Notes under the pieces: model-generated
Databases searched by the model: none
Seen by the model: only the letters and a program-made list of their open reading frames with translations
Told to the model about the DNA's origin: nothing
Assembly: GCA_964217375.1 (NCBI GenBank)
Contig: CAXPJQ010000059.1
Span: 11,208 to 75,207 of the forward strand
Length of the DNA stretch: 64,000 nt
Direction: 5' to 3'
DNA from: Bdellovibrionales bacterium
GTDB lineage: Archaea > Nanobdellota > Nanobdellia > Woesearchaeales > UBA583
Translations under genes and position numbers: made by a program
Shown here: piece by piece, positions 47,382 through 55,799 of the stretch
Position numbering within the stretch: position 1 is the stretch's first letter
Layout: each line of letters begins with the position of its first letter

Positions 47382-47840
47382 TTATTTCAATTTATTAAAT
47401 TCTCTTTCTATAATTGAGGTTAATCCTTTAATTTTTTGGACTCCTTCTTTGTAAGGTAAGTTCATATCAATATCTGAAACTATAAGTTCAACTCCATTAT
47501 CATCAATATAGTCATATTCATCTGCAAACTGAAAAATTGGAGAGTAACCTTGATTTTTCAATTCTTTTTCAATATTTGAAATAGTTAAATATCCTTTGAT
47601 AATTTTATCCATGTAATGTCCTTTTTTTTCTTCATTAATTCCATTATTATTGAGATAATTTATTTCTAAAATAAGAACTTTCTGTCGCTCAAAAAGTTCA
47701 AAATGCATATAACCCTGATCTACATCTAATGAAGGATTTCTATAATAAGTTAAACCATTTCCGTGGTCCCCTACAAGTTTAAATCCTAATTGCTCTAATG
47801 TGTGATATACACCTATTGGCGTTATTTGTTTGTTTTCCAT
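47382..47840 (-). CDS. Hypothetical protein
   Basis: 152 aa ORF divergent from the Lrp regulator. Confidence 0.5.
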   Translation of the reverse strand: MENKQITPIGVYHTLEQLGFKLVGDHGNGLTYYRNPSLDVDQGYMHFELFERQKVLILEINYLNNNGINEEKKGHYMDKIIKGYLTISNIEKELKNQGYSPIFQFADEYDYIDDNGVELIVSDIDMNLPYKEGVQKIKGLTSIIEREFNKLK

Positions 47841-47941
47841 TGTAATGATAAGTAGTAACTAAAAATACTTAAAACCATTTTTTTAGAGTTAGAATTTTAT
47901 AACAATTAAATTTATAAATTGGTAAATATGTACTAAAATAT

Positions 47942-48910
47942 ATGAAATTAGATAAAAAAGATACATTATTATTAGAAATTTTAGAAACAAATTACAGAAC
48001 TACTAATTCGGAAATTGCTAAAAAGCTCAATATTAGTAAACAAAATGTGGAATATAGAATAAAAAAACTCGAAAAAGAAGAAATTATTTCCGGATATTAT
48101 CCTGTTTTAAATTTTGGAAAACTTGGGTATTTTTATATAAGAATTACATTCTCACTTCAGCATATGCTTGAAAATAAAAAAAATGAATTATTCCAATATC
48201 TTAAAAATAAAGAAGAATTTTTTTGGGTATTTCATCTCTCAGGTCCTTGTGACATTGGAGCTGCTCTTTTAGTTAAAGATTTTAAAACGTATAAAGAAAA
48301 AATCAATGAGTTATATGACAAATTTGGAGAATATATCTCAAATCAAGAAGAAACCATAATGACAACTCTAAGGTATTATTCATATCCATATTCTAAAGAG
48401 AATTCGAAAAGATTACTTTGTTCTCAACAAACTCCATCCTCAGAAATTATTAGTTTAGATGAAACAGATGAAATGATATTTAAGAGCCTTTGTTCTGATA
48501 AAAGACTCTCAGTTGTTGAAATTTCAAATACTTTAAATTTAACTTCAAAAATTATTTCTTATAGAATTAAAAAAATGATTGAACAAGAAATAATTTTAGC
48601 ATTTAGGGCAATTATTGATTATAAGAAAATAGGTTTTGAATATTATAAATTATTTATTAAATTGTCATCTTATGATTCTTCTAAAGTTAAAGACTTTAAA
48701 AAATTCTTAGCATCTCATAATAAAGTATTATATGAAGTTGAAGCAATTGGAATTAGTGATAAAATTGATATTGAAGTTTTAGTTTCAAGTAATTCTGAAT
48801 TACTTGAATTTCAAGATGAATTACGTAGAGAGTTTCCTGAACTAATTGTTTCTTTTGAAACTATGATTTTTAGAGAAAATATAAAAACAAGTTACTTTCC
48901 TAAAAATTAA
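47942..48910 (+). CDS. Tandem-duplicated Lrp/AsnC family transcriptional regulator
   Basis: Two HTH+RAM repeats (LDKKD...YRIKKLE; LDETD...YRIKKM). Confidence 0.9.
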   Translation: MKLDKKDTLLLEILETNYRTTNSEIAKKLNISKQNVEYRIKKLEKEEIISGYYPVLNFGKLGYFYIRITFSLQHMLENKKNELFQYLKNKEEFFWVFHLSGPCDIGAALLVKDFKTYKEKINELYDKFGEYISNQEETIMTTLRYYSYPYSKENSKRLLCSQQTPSSEIISLDETDEMIFKSLCSDKRLSVVEISNTLNLTSKIISYRIKKMIEQEIILAFRAIIDYKKIGFEYYKLFIKLSSYDSSKVKDFKKFLASHNKVLYEVEAIGISDKIDIEVLVSSNSELLEFQDELRREFPELIVSFETMIFRENIKTSYFPKN

Positions 48911-48945
48911 GTTCTTTTTATAAATTGTAAAAATATCTACATATT

Positions 48946-49653
48946 ATGAAAAAAGAAATTCTAAAAAATGCAGTTGATCCTAAGCAGTATGATAATGATA
49001 ATATTTATTGGGAACACAATCCTGAAAAAAATTTAATTATTCAAGATTTTTATTTTAGTCATCTTCTAAAATTTAAAGAAATATGGAAAAATAGGAATAT
49101 TTTAGAAATTGGTTGTGGTAATGGCTGGTTATTAAAAAAACTCTTAAAATATAAAGTAAAATCCATTGAAGGTATTGAGCCTTCCGTTCAAAATAATCAA
49201 TATCTTAAAAAAATACCTAATATAAATTTTTCAAATAATACATTAGATACATTTCAAAGTAAAAAACAATATGATGTTATAATTTCAGTAATGGTTTTTG
49301 GTCATATAGAAAACTTAGAAAATGCTTTTGAAAAGTTAAAGTCAATGTTAACTGAGAATGGATCAATAATTATAATAGTTTCTTCCTTTGAATTTTATTC
49401 TCAAAAAAGAGAAAATAAAATAATTGAAAAAATAAATAATGAAGAGGTACTTATTCAGATAAATAGTGAAGTTTACCACATATCTGAAATTATAAGAAAA
49501 GTAGATGTATATGAAAAAGCTGCTAAGAAGATAGGATTAAAAATTGATGAAATCATTCCAATGAAACCTTCAAAAGAATTAATTAAATTATCCCCAAGCA
49601 TTGCTAAAAATAAGGATATTCCTACTCAGTATTTGATTAAGTTTTCAAAATAG
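48946..49653 (+). CDS. Class I SAM-dependent methyltransferase
   Basis: ILEIGCGNG, GIEPS, YDVI...VFGHI. Confidence 0.88.
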   Translation: MKKEILKNAVDPKQYDNDNIYWEHNPEKNLIIQDFYFSHLLKFKEIWKNRNILEIGCGNGWLLKKLLKYKVKSIEGIEPSVQNNQYLKKIPNINFSNNTLDTFQSKKQYDVIISVMVFGHIENLENAFEKLKSMLTENGSIIIIVSSFEFYSQKRENKIIEKINNEEVLIQINSEVYHISEIIRKVDVYEKAAKKIGLKIDEIIPMKPSKELIKLSPSIAKNKDIPTQYLIKFSK

Positions 49654-49689
49654 GATAAGTATTATAAATAAAGAAAATAATTACTAACT

Positions 49690-50133
49690 ATGGAAATTAG
49701 AGCTGCTAATCATAAAAAAGATTTTGACTTTTTTATGTCGACTTTTGAAGATTTATTTGTATCAAATATTGAAAATTGGAAACCTTCTAAAAAAAATAAA
49801 AAAAAATTTGAAAAAAATTTTTATTTTAGTAAAGGAAAAAAGCTAACTAAATTATTTATTGGAGAAATTGATAATATACAGGTAGGATACATTGAAGTTT
49901 TTATAATTAAAAATCCTTATACTAAATCAAATGAAGCTAAAATTTCTAAAGTTTATATTTTACCAAGATACCGAAATAAAGGACATTCAAGAAAATTAAT
50001 CGAAAAAGCAAAAGAATTTGCTAAAGAACATAACTGTGAAACAATTTATCTCAACTCTTTTCCAAATAATTTTGAACTCTATAAAAAACTGAGTTTTGAA
50101 CCAATTAGTTTTTGGATGAAATCAAAAGTATAA
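49690..50133 (+). CDS. GNAT family N-acetyltransferase (paralog of 44597-45028)
   Basis: YRNKGHS; shared STFED.F and LNSF..N.ELY motifs. Confidence 0.85.
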   Translation: MEIRAANHKKDFDFFMSTFEDLFVSNIENWKPSKKNKKKFEKNFYFSKGKKLTKLFIGEIDNIQVGYIEVFIIKNPYTKSNEAKISKVYILPRYRNKGHSRKLIEKAKEFAKEHNCETIYLNSFPNNFELYKKLSFEPISFWMKSKV

Positions 50134-50134
50134 G

Positions 50135-51127
50135 TTAATTATCTCTTAAACTTTCAATCATTTTTTGAGTTAAAAAAACTTCTTTGTGTTCTTTAAGCAA
50201 CATCTCAAATGTGTAATCTTTAATTGAATTTCCTAATTGTTCTCTTAGATCCAATAAAATCTCATTAAAATGAATTCTATTTTTAGAATAAACTCCAAGT
50301 AATAAGTTATATGTTCCTGCCATAAATGTTGCAAAATAAATATTTTTATTTGAATGTAAATATTTAATTACCTCTTTAGAATTATAATTTTCTAATTGAA
50401 TTGAAATATAATATCCTTCCAAATTAAATTTTGTCACATCAATTACTATTGTGTATCCTAAAATAATTTTCTTATTTTCTAAATTTTTAATTCTAATTCT
50501 AATAATATCTTCACCTAAATTTATTTTTTGTGCAAGTTCAATGTTTTTGATTTTAGAATTTTTTGATAATTCACTTAGAATAATTATATCTTTTTCATCT
50601 AATTTTATTTGATTATAATTTTTTTCAAAAATAGATCCTTCTTTTAACTCAAAATTATTTTTTTCAATATCTAAAACTTGAGCTCTTGAGAATTCAATTT
50701 CTTGTGTATATAATGAAATTGAATGTTTTATTAAATCTTCTTTTAGGTATTTGAGTATATTCTCCACAATTTCTCCTAAATTTTTAGGATTTAGATATAA
50801 AATAGTAATTGTTAAATCATATATCCCACAAATTTCACCAAACCAATTCACAGAACTATGATTTTCAAGAAACTCTAAAAAATCTACATATTTTTCATTT
50901 GAATTTCTTTTTATTTTCACATTAAGAGTTGCAGCACCACTACAAAAAAAAGATTGATTCAATCTAGTAATGTATGATTTTATTACTTTTTCTTCTTCTA
51001 ATCTTTTAATTCTATAATTTACCACTTCTCTACTAGCTCTTACTGCTTTTGAGAGCTTAGTCAAAGGAATTTTTGAGTTTTGTTCTAATTCAAATAAAAT
51101 CTTTCTATCTAATAAATCTAATTTCAT
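50135..51127 (-). CDS. Tandem-duplicated Lrp/AsnC family transcriptional regulator
   Basis: MKLDLLDRKIL...YRIKRLE and LDEKD...RIKNLE repeats. Confidence 0.9.
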   Translation of the reverse strand: MKLDLLDRKILFELEQNSKIPLTKLSKAVRASREVVNYRIKRLEEEKVIKSYITRLNQSFFCSGAATLNVKIKRNSNEKYVDFLEFLENHSSVNWFGEICGIYDLTITILYLNPKNLGEIVENILKYLKEDLIKHSISLYTQEIEFSRAQVLDIEKNNFELKEGSIFEKNYNQIKLDEKDIIILSELSKNSKIKNIELAQKINLGEDIIRIRIKNLENKKIILGYTIVIDVTKFNLEGYYISIQLENYNSKEVIKYLHSNKNIYFATFMAGTYNLLLGVYSKNRIHFNEILLDLREQLGNSIKDYTFEMLLKEHKEVFLTQKMIESLRDN

Positions 51128-51223
51128 ATAGTTAATAATCTAATAAATTATATAAAACTTTAGATTTTTGTAAAAAATAAAAAATTTAATTTTAAATATA
51201 TTTAATTACTACTTATTGATATT

Positions 51224-52111
51224 ATGGAATTAAATCAAATACAAAGATATGGAATCACTGAAAATTTAGATGTTTTAAATCAAAAAATTGATTTAAATTT
51301 ACTAACTCAAAATTTATCTACTGTAGCAAAAAATAGATTATTACTTAATATTGGAGGATATAATCCTCAAATTATTGATGAATTTGGAATTGAATATACA
51401 CAAGAGCAATATGATTCTCATTTCTGGAATACTAGTAGTGTTCCTGACATGATATATGGTGGATCAAAAGAAATTATTGGGGAAAAAATATTATACTCTT
51501 CAGAAGTTTCAAAGTTTGAACAAGAACTTACAAATGGAGATTTAGCTAGACTTCTTAGTTCATTTAAAGATACCCTAGTTAGTGATGATCAAAATACTTG
51601 TCCTCATTATCTAAAAGGTTATGGTAGATTAGATATAGATACTCTTGAGAAATATTGTAATCAAAAAAGACTTTTGACAAGAGATATTAAATTAGTAGGA
51701 TTTGATGAAGAAAAAACTAATATTTCAATGATTTATCAAATATTTGGAAATATTCCAGTTACATCCTCTGGAAGAAATGCCTGGGAAAGAAATAACCAAC
51801 ATGATAGAATAAGAAGAGAAGAATATTCAGATGAAAAGCTTAAAGAGAAAATTTTAGGTGGAGTATTACATAAAAAAGATTCCAATTATTATAGGCAATG
51901 TAGAAAATCAAAAATAGAATATAATGAAGAAGATGTTCCAAAATTAGAATTTAGTGAGTTAAAAACACTAACTCAGAAAAGAGCTTTAATGTATTTAAAA
52001 TTTAGAGAACAAGGATTAAAAGAATTACCTCAAGAATATATTGATCTAGAAACAAAAAGGTTGAAATCATTAGAAAGAGCAAAAACTCTAGAGAATAAAT
52101 TATTTTCTTAA
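51224..52111 (+). CDS. Hypothetical protein
   Basis: 295 aa ORF divergent from the Lrp regulator; no recognisable motif. Confidence 0.55.
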   Translation: MELNQIQRYGITENLDVLNQKIDLNLLTQNLSTVAKNRLLLNIGGYNPQIIDEFGIEYTQEQYDSHFWNTSSVPDMIYGGSKEIIGEKILYSSEVSKFEQELTNGDLARLLSSFKDTLVSDDQNTCPHYLKGYGRLDIDTLEKYCNQKRLLTRDIKLVGFDEEKTNISMIYQIFGNIPVTSSGRNAWERNNQHDRIRREEYSDEKLKEKILGGVLHKKDSNYYRQCRKSKIEYNEEDVPKLEFSELKTLTQKRALMYLKFREQGLKELPQEYIDLETKRLKSLERAKTLENKLFS

Positions 52112-52138
52112 AATTTAGATTGAAAATAAATCACTTCC

Positions 52139-52354
52139 TTGTTTCATAAATTAAAGCATGTGAATAATCTCTCCCATCTCTTTGAATTTCATGAAAGTGA
52201 CTTTGAACCCTTAACTCAAATTAATATTTATTCAAATTTTGTATCAACTATTGTATGGTCAAAAGAACCTATAGGAACTCTAATTGAAAATGAAGAAGTT
52301 GCAAATAGTTATAAAAAATATTTTGACATTCTTTGGAAACAAAGTAAAAAATAA
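52139..52354 (+). pseudogene. C-terminal fragment of a TrmB-like regulator
   Basis: IYSNFVSTIVWSKEPIGTLIENEEVANSYKKYFDILW resembles a TrmB effector-domain end; no HTH; in-frame TAA at 52127. Confidence 0.6.
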
Positions 52355-52373
52355 AAATTTATTTTTCTTAAAT

Positions 52374-53174
52374 TCACCCAAAAGCCTCATATTTTTTCAA
52401 GCCAATTTTCCAATTAATAATCAATCCAAAAAATGAAATTAAAAAAAATATTATAAAAAATAGAATTTGTAATTTTAAATTATAAATCTCGCTTCCTCTT
52501 AAAATTGGAATTATTATTGAAGAAACAATAAAAGTTGGAATTAAAAGTAAAAATAATTTTATTTTTAACTTTGAGAAAAATTGAAAGGGGTAAGATTGAG
52601 CCATATCTGAAATACTAAAGTAAAATATTGAAAGTAGTACTTCACCTAATTTTAAAAAATAAAAAGCAAAAGAAGATAAAAAATGATACCATAAAACTAA
52701 GATTACTAATAGGAATATAAAAAATAAAACTAAAATGAATAATGAAAATAAAGTAATTTTAATATAAAATAATAAAAAAGTTACAATTAAAGAATATATT
52801 GTAACTGGAATTATTGTGTTAAATGAAAAACCTAAAATGTAATTTAAAAATACATTCCCTGGTTTTGATAAATAAGTATTAAGTGAGCCTTCCTTTAATT
52901 TATATGATAATCCTTTATTATAGACAAAAAAACCTGAGATATCATTTGCTAGCTGAACTATGTAATATAGTAATAAAAAGTCAATAAAATTCCACCCAAT
53001 TATATCTCCAAAGTTCTCAGAAAAAATAAAACTAAAAGAAACAAATGCAATTGCTAAAAACAATTCAATTAAAATTAAATTATATAAATTTGTTTTAAAT
53101 TCAATTAAAGATTTAAAACTAATTTTAAAATTTTCAAAAAAATAAATTAAATAATGTTTAAATCCTAAACTCAT
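52374..53174 (-). CDS. ABC-2 type permease, variable copy 10 (dispersed)
   Basis: GSLNTYLSKPGN; ends NWKIGLKKYEAFG; likely start MSLGFK at 53174. Confidence 0.8.
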   Translation of the reverse strand: MSLGFKHYLIYFFENFKISFKSLIEFKTNLYNLILIELFLAIAFVSFSFIFSENFGDIIGWNFIDFLLLYYIVQLANDISGFFVYNKGLSYKLKEGSLNTYLSKPGNVFLNYILGFSFNTIIPVTIYSLIVTFLLFYIKITLFSLFILVLFFIFLLVILVLWYHFLSSFAFYFLKLGEVLLSIFYFSISDMAQSYPFQFFSKLKIKLFLLLIPTFIVSSIIIPILRGSEIYNLKLQILFFIIFFLISFFGLIINWKIGLKKYEAFG

Positions 53175-53213
53175 AAATAAAAAATACAATTATTTTATTT
53201 AAATGTTTTTCAA

Positions 53214-53261
53214 ATCCAAAATAAATATAATTCAAAACATCATGAAATTGATTTATAATGA
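53214..53261. repeat. 47-48 nt direct repeat; second copy at 54122-54168
   Basis: ATCCAAAATAAATATAAT(T/C)CAAAACATCATGAAATTGATT(T)ATAATGA; one substitution and one indel. Confidence 0.85.
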
Positions 53262-53274
53262 ATTAGAAAAATTA

Positions 53275-53613
53275 CTATAAAAGATCACTGCTAATCGTAT
53301 ATATTAATGCCTTTTGATTTTCTTCGTCTATTATTTGATATGCATATAAAAATTTACCTCCTGGTACAACCCCGCATTCAAATAATTGTTCCTCTTCAGG
53401 TTTTTTTCCTATTAATGCTTCTATACCTCTACCTTCTGAAAATTCTCTCCTGTCTTCAGTTTTTGAAGGATTGTATAATGGCCTCAGGTCCTCATTATTA
53501 GAAGAAGGACCCCAGATGTTTAATCCATCCATTCCTTTATAACTTAAAACCTCATTAATACGATCTTTAGGAGTTTGAGTTTCACTTTTTTTCATTGAAG
53601 TAAATTTTTCCAT
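53275..53613 (-). CDS. Hypothetical protein
   Basis: 112 aa ORF with a TTTATAAA box upstream. Confidence 0.5.
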   Translation of the reverse strand: MEKFTSMKKSETQTPKDRINEVLSYKGMDGLNIWGPSSNNEDLRPLYNPSKTEDRREFSEGRGIEALIGKKPEEEQLFECGVVPGGKFLYAYQIIDEENQKALIYTISSDLL

Positions 53614-53914
53614 AATAATATTAATAATAAATATTTTATAAAGTTTTTTCTTTTGTTACTATTAGTGACAACACCTATATTGTCTAGAAATTTTAGAATA
53701 TCTAATTAATTCAAAAAAAGAAAACTATATAAATAGGTAAAACGATATATTTCTCTTGATGAAATTCACTAACTCTAAAATTAATTTGAATTTAAACTTA
53801 TTAGTCTTAGTTTTAGTATTTTCTATTTTAAATTAAGTCCCATCCAACTAATAAGAATTTAGAATGGTTGGGGCTCTATAAATTAACTATTTCTAAATTC
53901 ATAAATTTAAAAAA

Positions 53915-54199
53915 ATGAATAAAGTAAATCTAGAAGAATATGTAAGAAGTAATGATATGAAATTCATAATGAAGAAAAACTCTTCAACTACAAATATTAG
54001 TAATATACTTGGAGTTCTATTAAATGATATGGGCCAAAATTTAGATGACTCTCAAAGTTATATTAGAGCAATTAAACATCTACAAGAATATCAAATTCAA
54101 GGTTGTCATACTCTTAATTGTATCCAAAATAAATATAATCCAAAACATCATGAAATTGATTATAATGATGTAAATTCAAACATTCAAAGATATCATTAA
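53915..54199 (+). CDS. Hypothetical protein
   Basis: 94 aa ORF upstream of pheS; contains the second copy of the 47-nt repeat. Confidence 0.45.
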   Translation: MNKVNLEEYVRSNDMKFIMKKNSSTTNISNILGVLLNDMGQNLDDSQSYIRAIKHLQEYQIQGCHTLNCIQNKYNPKHHEIDYNDVNSNIQRYH

Positions 54200-54246
54200 T
54201 TAAATATAATCACAATATTTAAATAATAAAAAAAATAATTTTTTTT

Positions 54247-55797
54247 ATGACTATTGAATCTAATAAAGAATTAATATATTCATTATCTGAAATTGAAAGA
54301 AAAATTCTAAAATATTTAGAAAATACTAATTCAATTGAAGATGTTTCTAATAATTCAAAACTCTCTATTGCAGAAACTACAACTGCAATTCAACTTCTTG
54401 AACAAAGAGATTTAACTAAATTCCTAAAAGAAGAAAAAACAGTAATTATCTTAGATAAATTTGGGATTTTATTTTCTAAAACAGATTTACCTGAAGCCCA
54501 AGTTTTAAAAAACCTTGAAAAAAAATCAAAATCAATGAATGAATTTCAAAAAGAAATAATTAGTTCTGCAATGGGTGAACTTAAAAAAAATCAACTTGTA
54601 AATTCCAATAAAACAGCTCAAGGAATTGAATTAGAAATTACTCAAAAAGGAAAAGATTTCTTGAAATCATATACTAATCCATTAACTCAATTTGAAAATG
54701 GTATTGAAAAAGAAAATTTAACAAAAAATCAACTAGAAATTTTAAATTCATTTAAACAAAGAAAAGGATTTCTAAAAGAAGATGTTAAAAAAAGTTTTAG
54801 TTTTGAGTTAACAAAAAAAGGTTTAGAAATCGTAAAAGAATTCAAAAAAAAATATTCAAACATTAACCTTCTTGAAACTCTCTCTCAAGATGATTTAAAA
54901 ACGGGAAATTGGAAAAATAAAGAATTCAGACACTATGACATTAATGTTCAAACAAGTATCCCTCAAATTGGGAGATTACATCCAATGCTTGAGGCAAATG
55001 ACATTTTATCAAAAGTATTTATTGAAATGGGATTTAAAGAAATGCAAGGGCCAATGGTTGAGAGTGCATTTTGGAACATGGACTCAATGTGGATCCCTCA
55101 AGACCACCCTGCAAGAGATGAACAAGATACATTCTATTTAGAAGATGAATGTGAATTACCTCAAGATTATGTTAATAAAGTAAAAGAAATGCATGAGAGT
55201 GGACTTAAAAAAACACATACTCCTAAAGGAGAATTCTCTCAAAAAATTACTTCAAAACAATTACTTAGAACTCATTCCACTTCAACTTCATTTAGAACTC
55301 TTGCAGACCTTGGTAAAAAATTGAAAAATAAAGAGAATATTAATGGAAAATATTTTTATCTTGCAAATGTATTTAGAAATGAAGCAGTTGATGCAACTCA
55401 CCTTGCTGAATTTTATCAAGGGGAAGGGTTTATTATTGGAGATGATTTATCTCTAGCTGATTTAATGGGTTTTGTTAAACAGTATCTAGCTAAATTAGGT
55501 TTTGATAAAATTAAATTCAAACCAACATTTAACCCCTACACTGAACCCTCAATGGAGGCACACTACTATGACCCTGAGATTGGAAAATGGTATGCTCTAA
55601 TTAATTCTGGAATATTTAGACCTGAGACATTAAAACCTTTTGGACTTGAAAATAAAACAATTATTGCATGGGGATTTGGAGCTTCAAGAATTGCAGCAAA
55701 GCTTGCAAATAAAGAATCAATGAGAGATATCACTGGAACAACTTGTGATTTAGAATGGTTAAAAACAAGAGAGCAGATGCAAAGGAGGTTAAATTAA
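54247..55797 (+). CDS. pheS: Phenylalanine-tRNA ligase alpha subunit (archaeal type)
   Basis: GRLHP, PQDHPARDEQDTFY, LRTH, FRNE, YTEPS, AWGFG. Confidence 0.96.
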   Translation: MTIESNKELIYSLSEIERKILKYLENTNSIEDVSNNSKLSIAETTTAIQLLEQRDLTKFLKEEKTVIILDKFGILFSKTDLPEAQVLKNLEKKSKSMNEFQKEIISSAMGELKKNQLVNSNKTAQGIELEITQKGKDFLKSYTNPLTQFENGIEKENLTKNQLEILNSFKQRKGFLKEDVKKSFSFELTKKGLEIVKEFKKKYSNINLLETLSQDDLKTGNWKNKEFRHYDINVQTSIPQIGRLHPMLEANDILSKVFIEMGFKEMQGPMVESAFWNMDSMWIPQDHPARDEQDTFYLEDECELPQDYVNKVKEMHESGLKKTHTPKGEFSQKITSKQLLRTHSTSTSFRTLADLGKKLKNKENINGKYFYLANVFRNEAVDATHLAEFYQGEGFIIGDDLSLADLMGFVKQYLAKLGFDKIKFKPTFNPYTEPSMEAHYYDPEIGKWYALINSGIFRPETLKPFGLENKTIIAWGFGASRIAAKLANKESMRDITGTTCDLEWLKTREQMQRRLN

Positions 55798-55799
55798 AA

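Noticed and set aside
30180..54200. Classical integron or diversity-generating retroelement behind the variability
   Set aside because: No tyrosine recombinase, attC-like palindromes, reverse transcriptase or adenine-specific TR/VR pair is visible in the window
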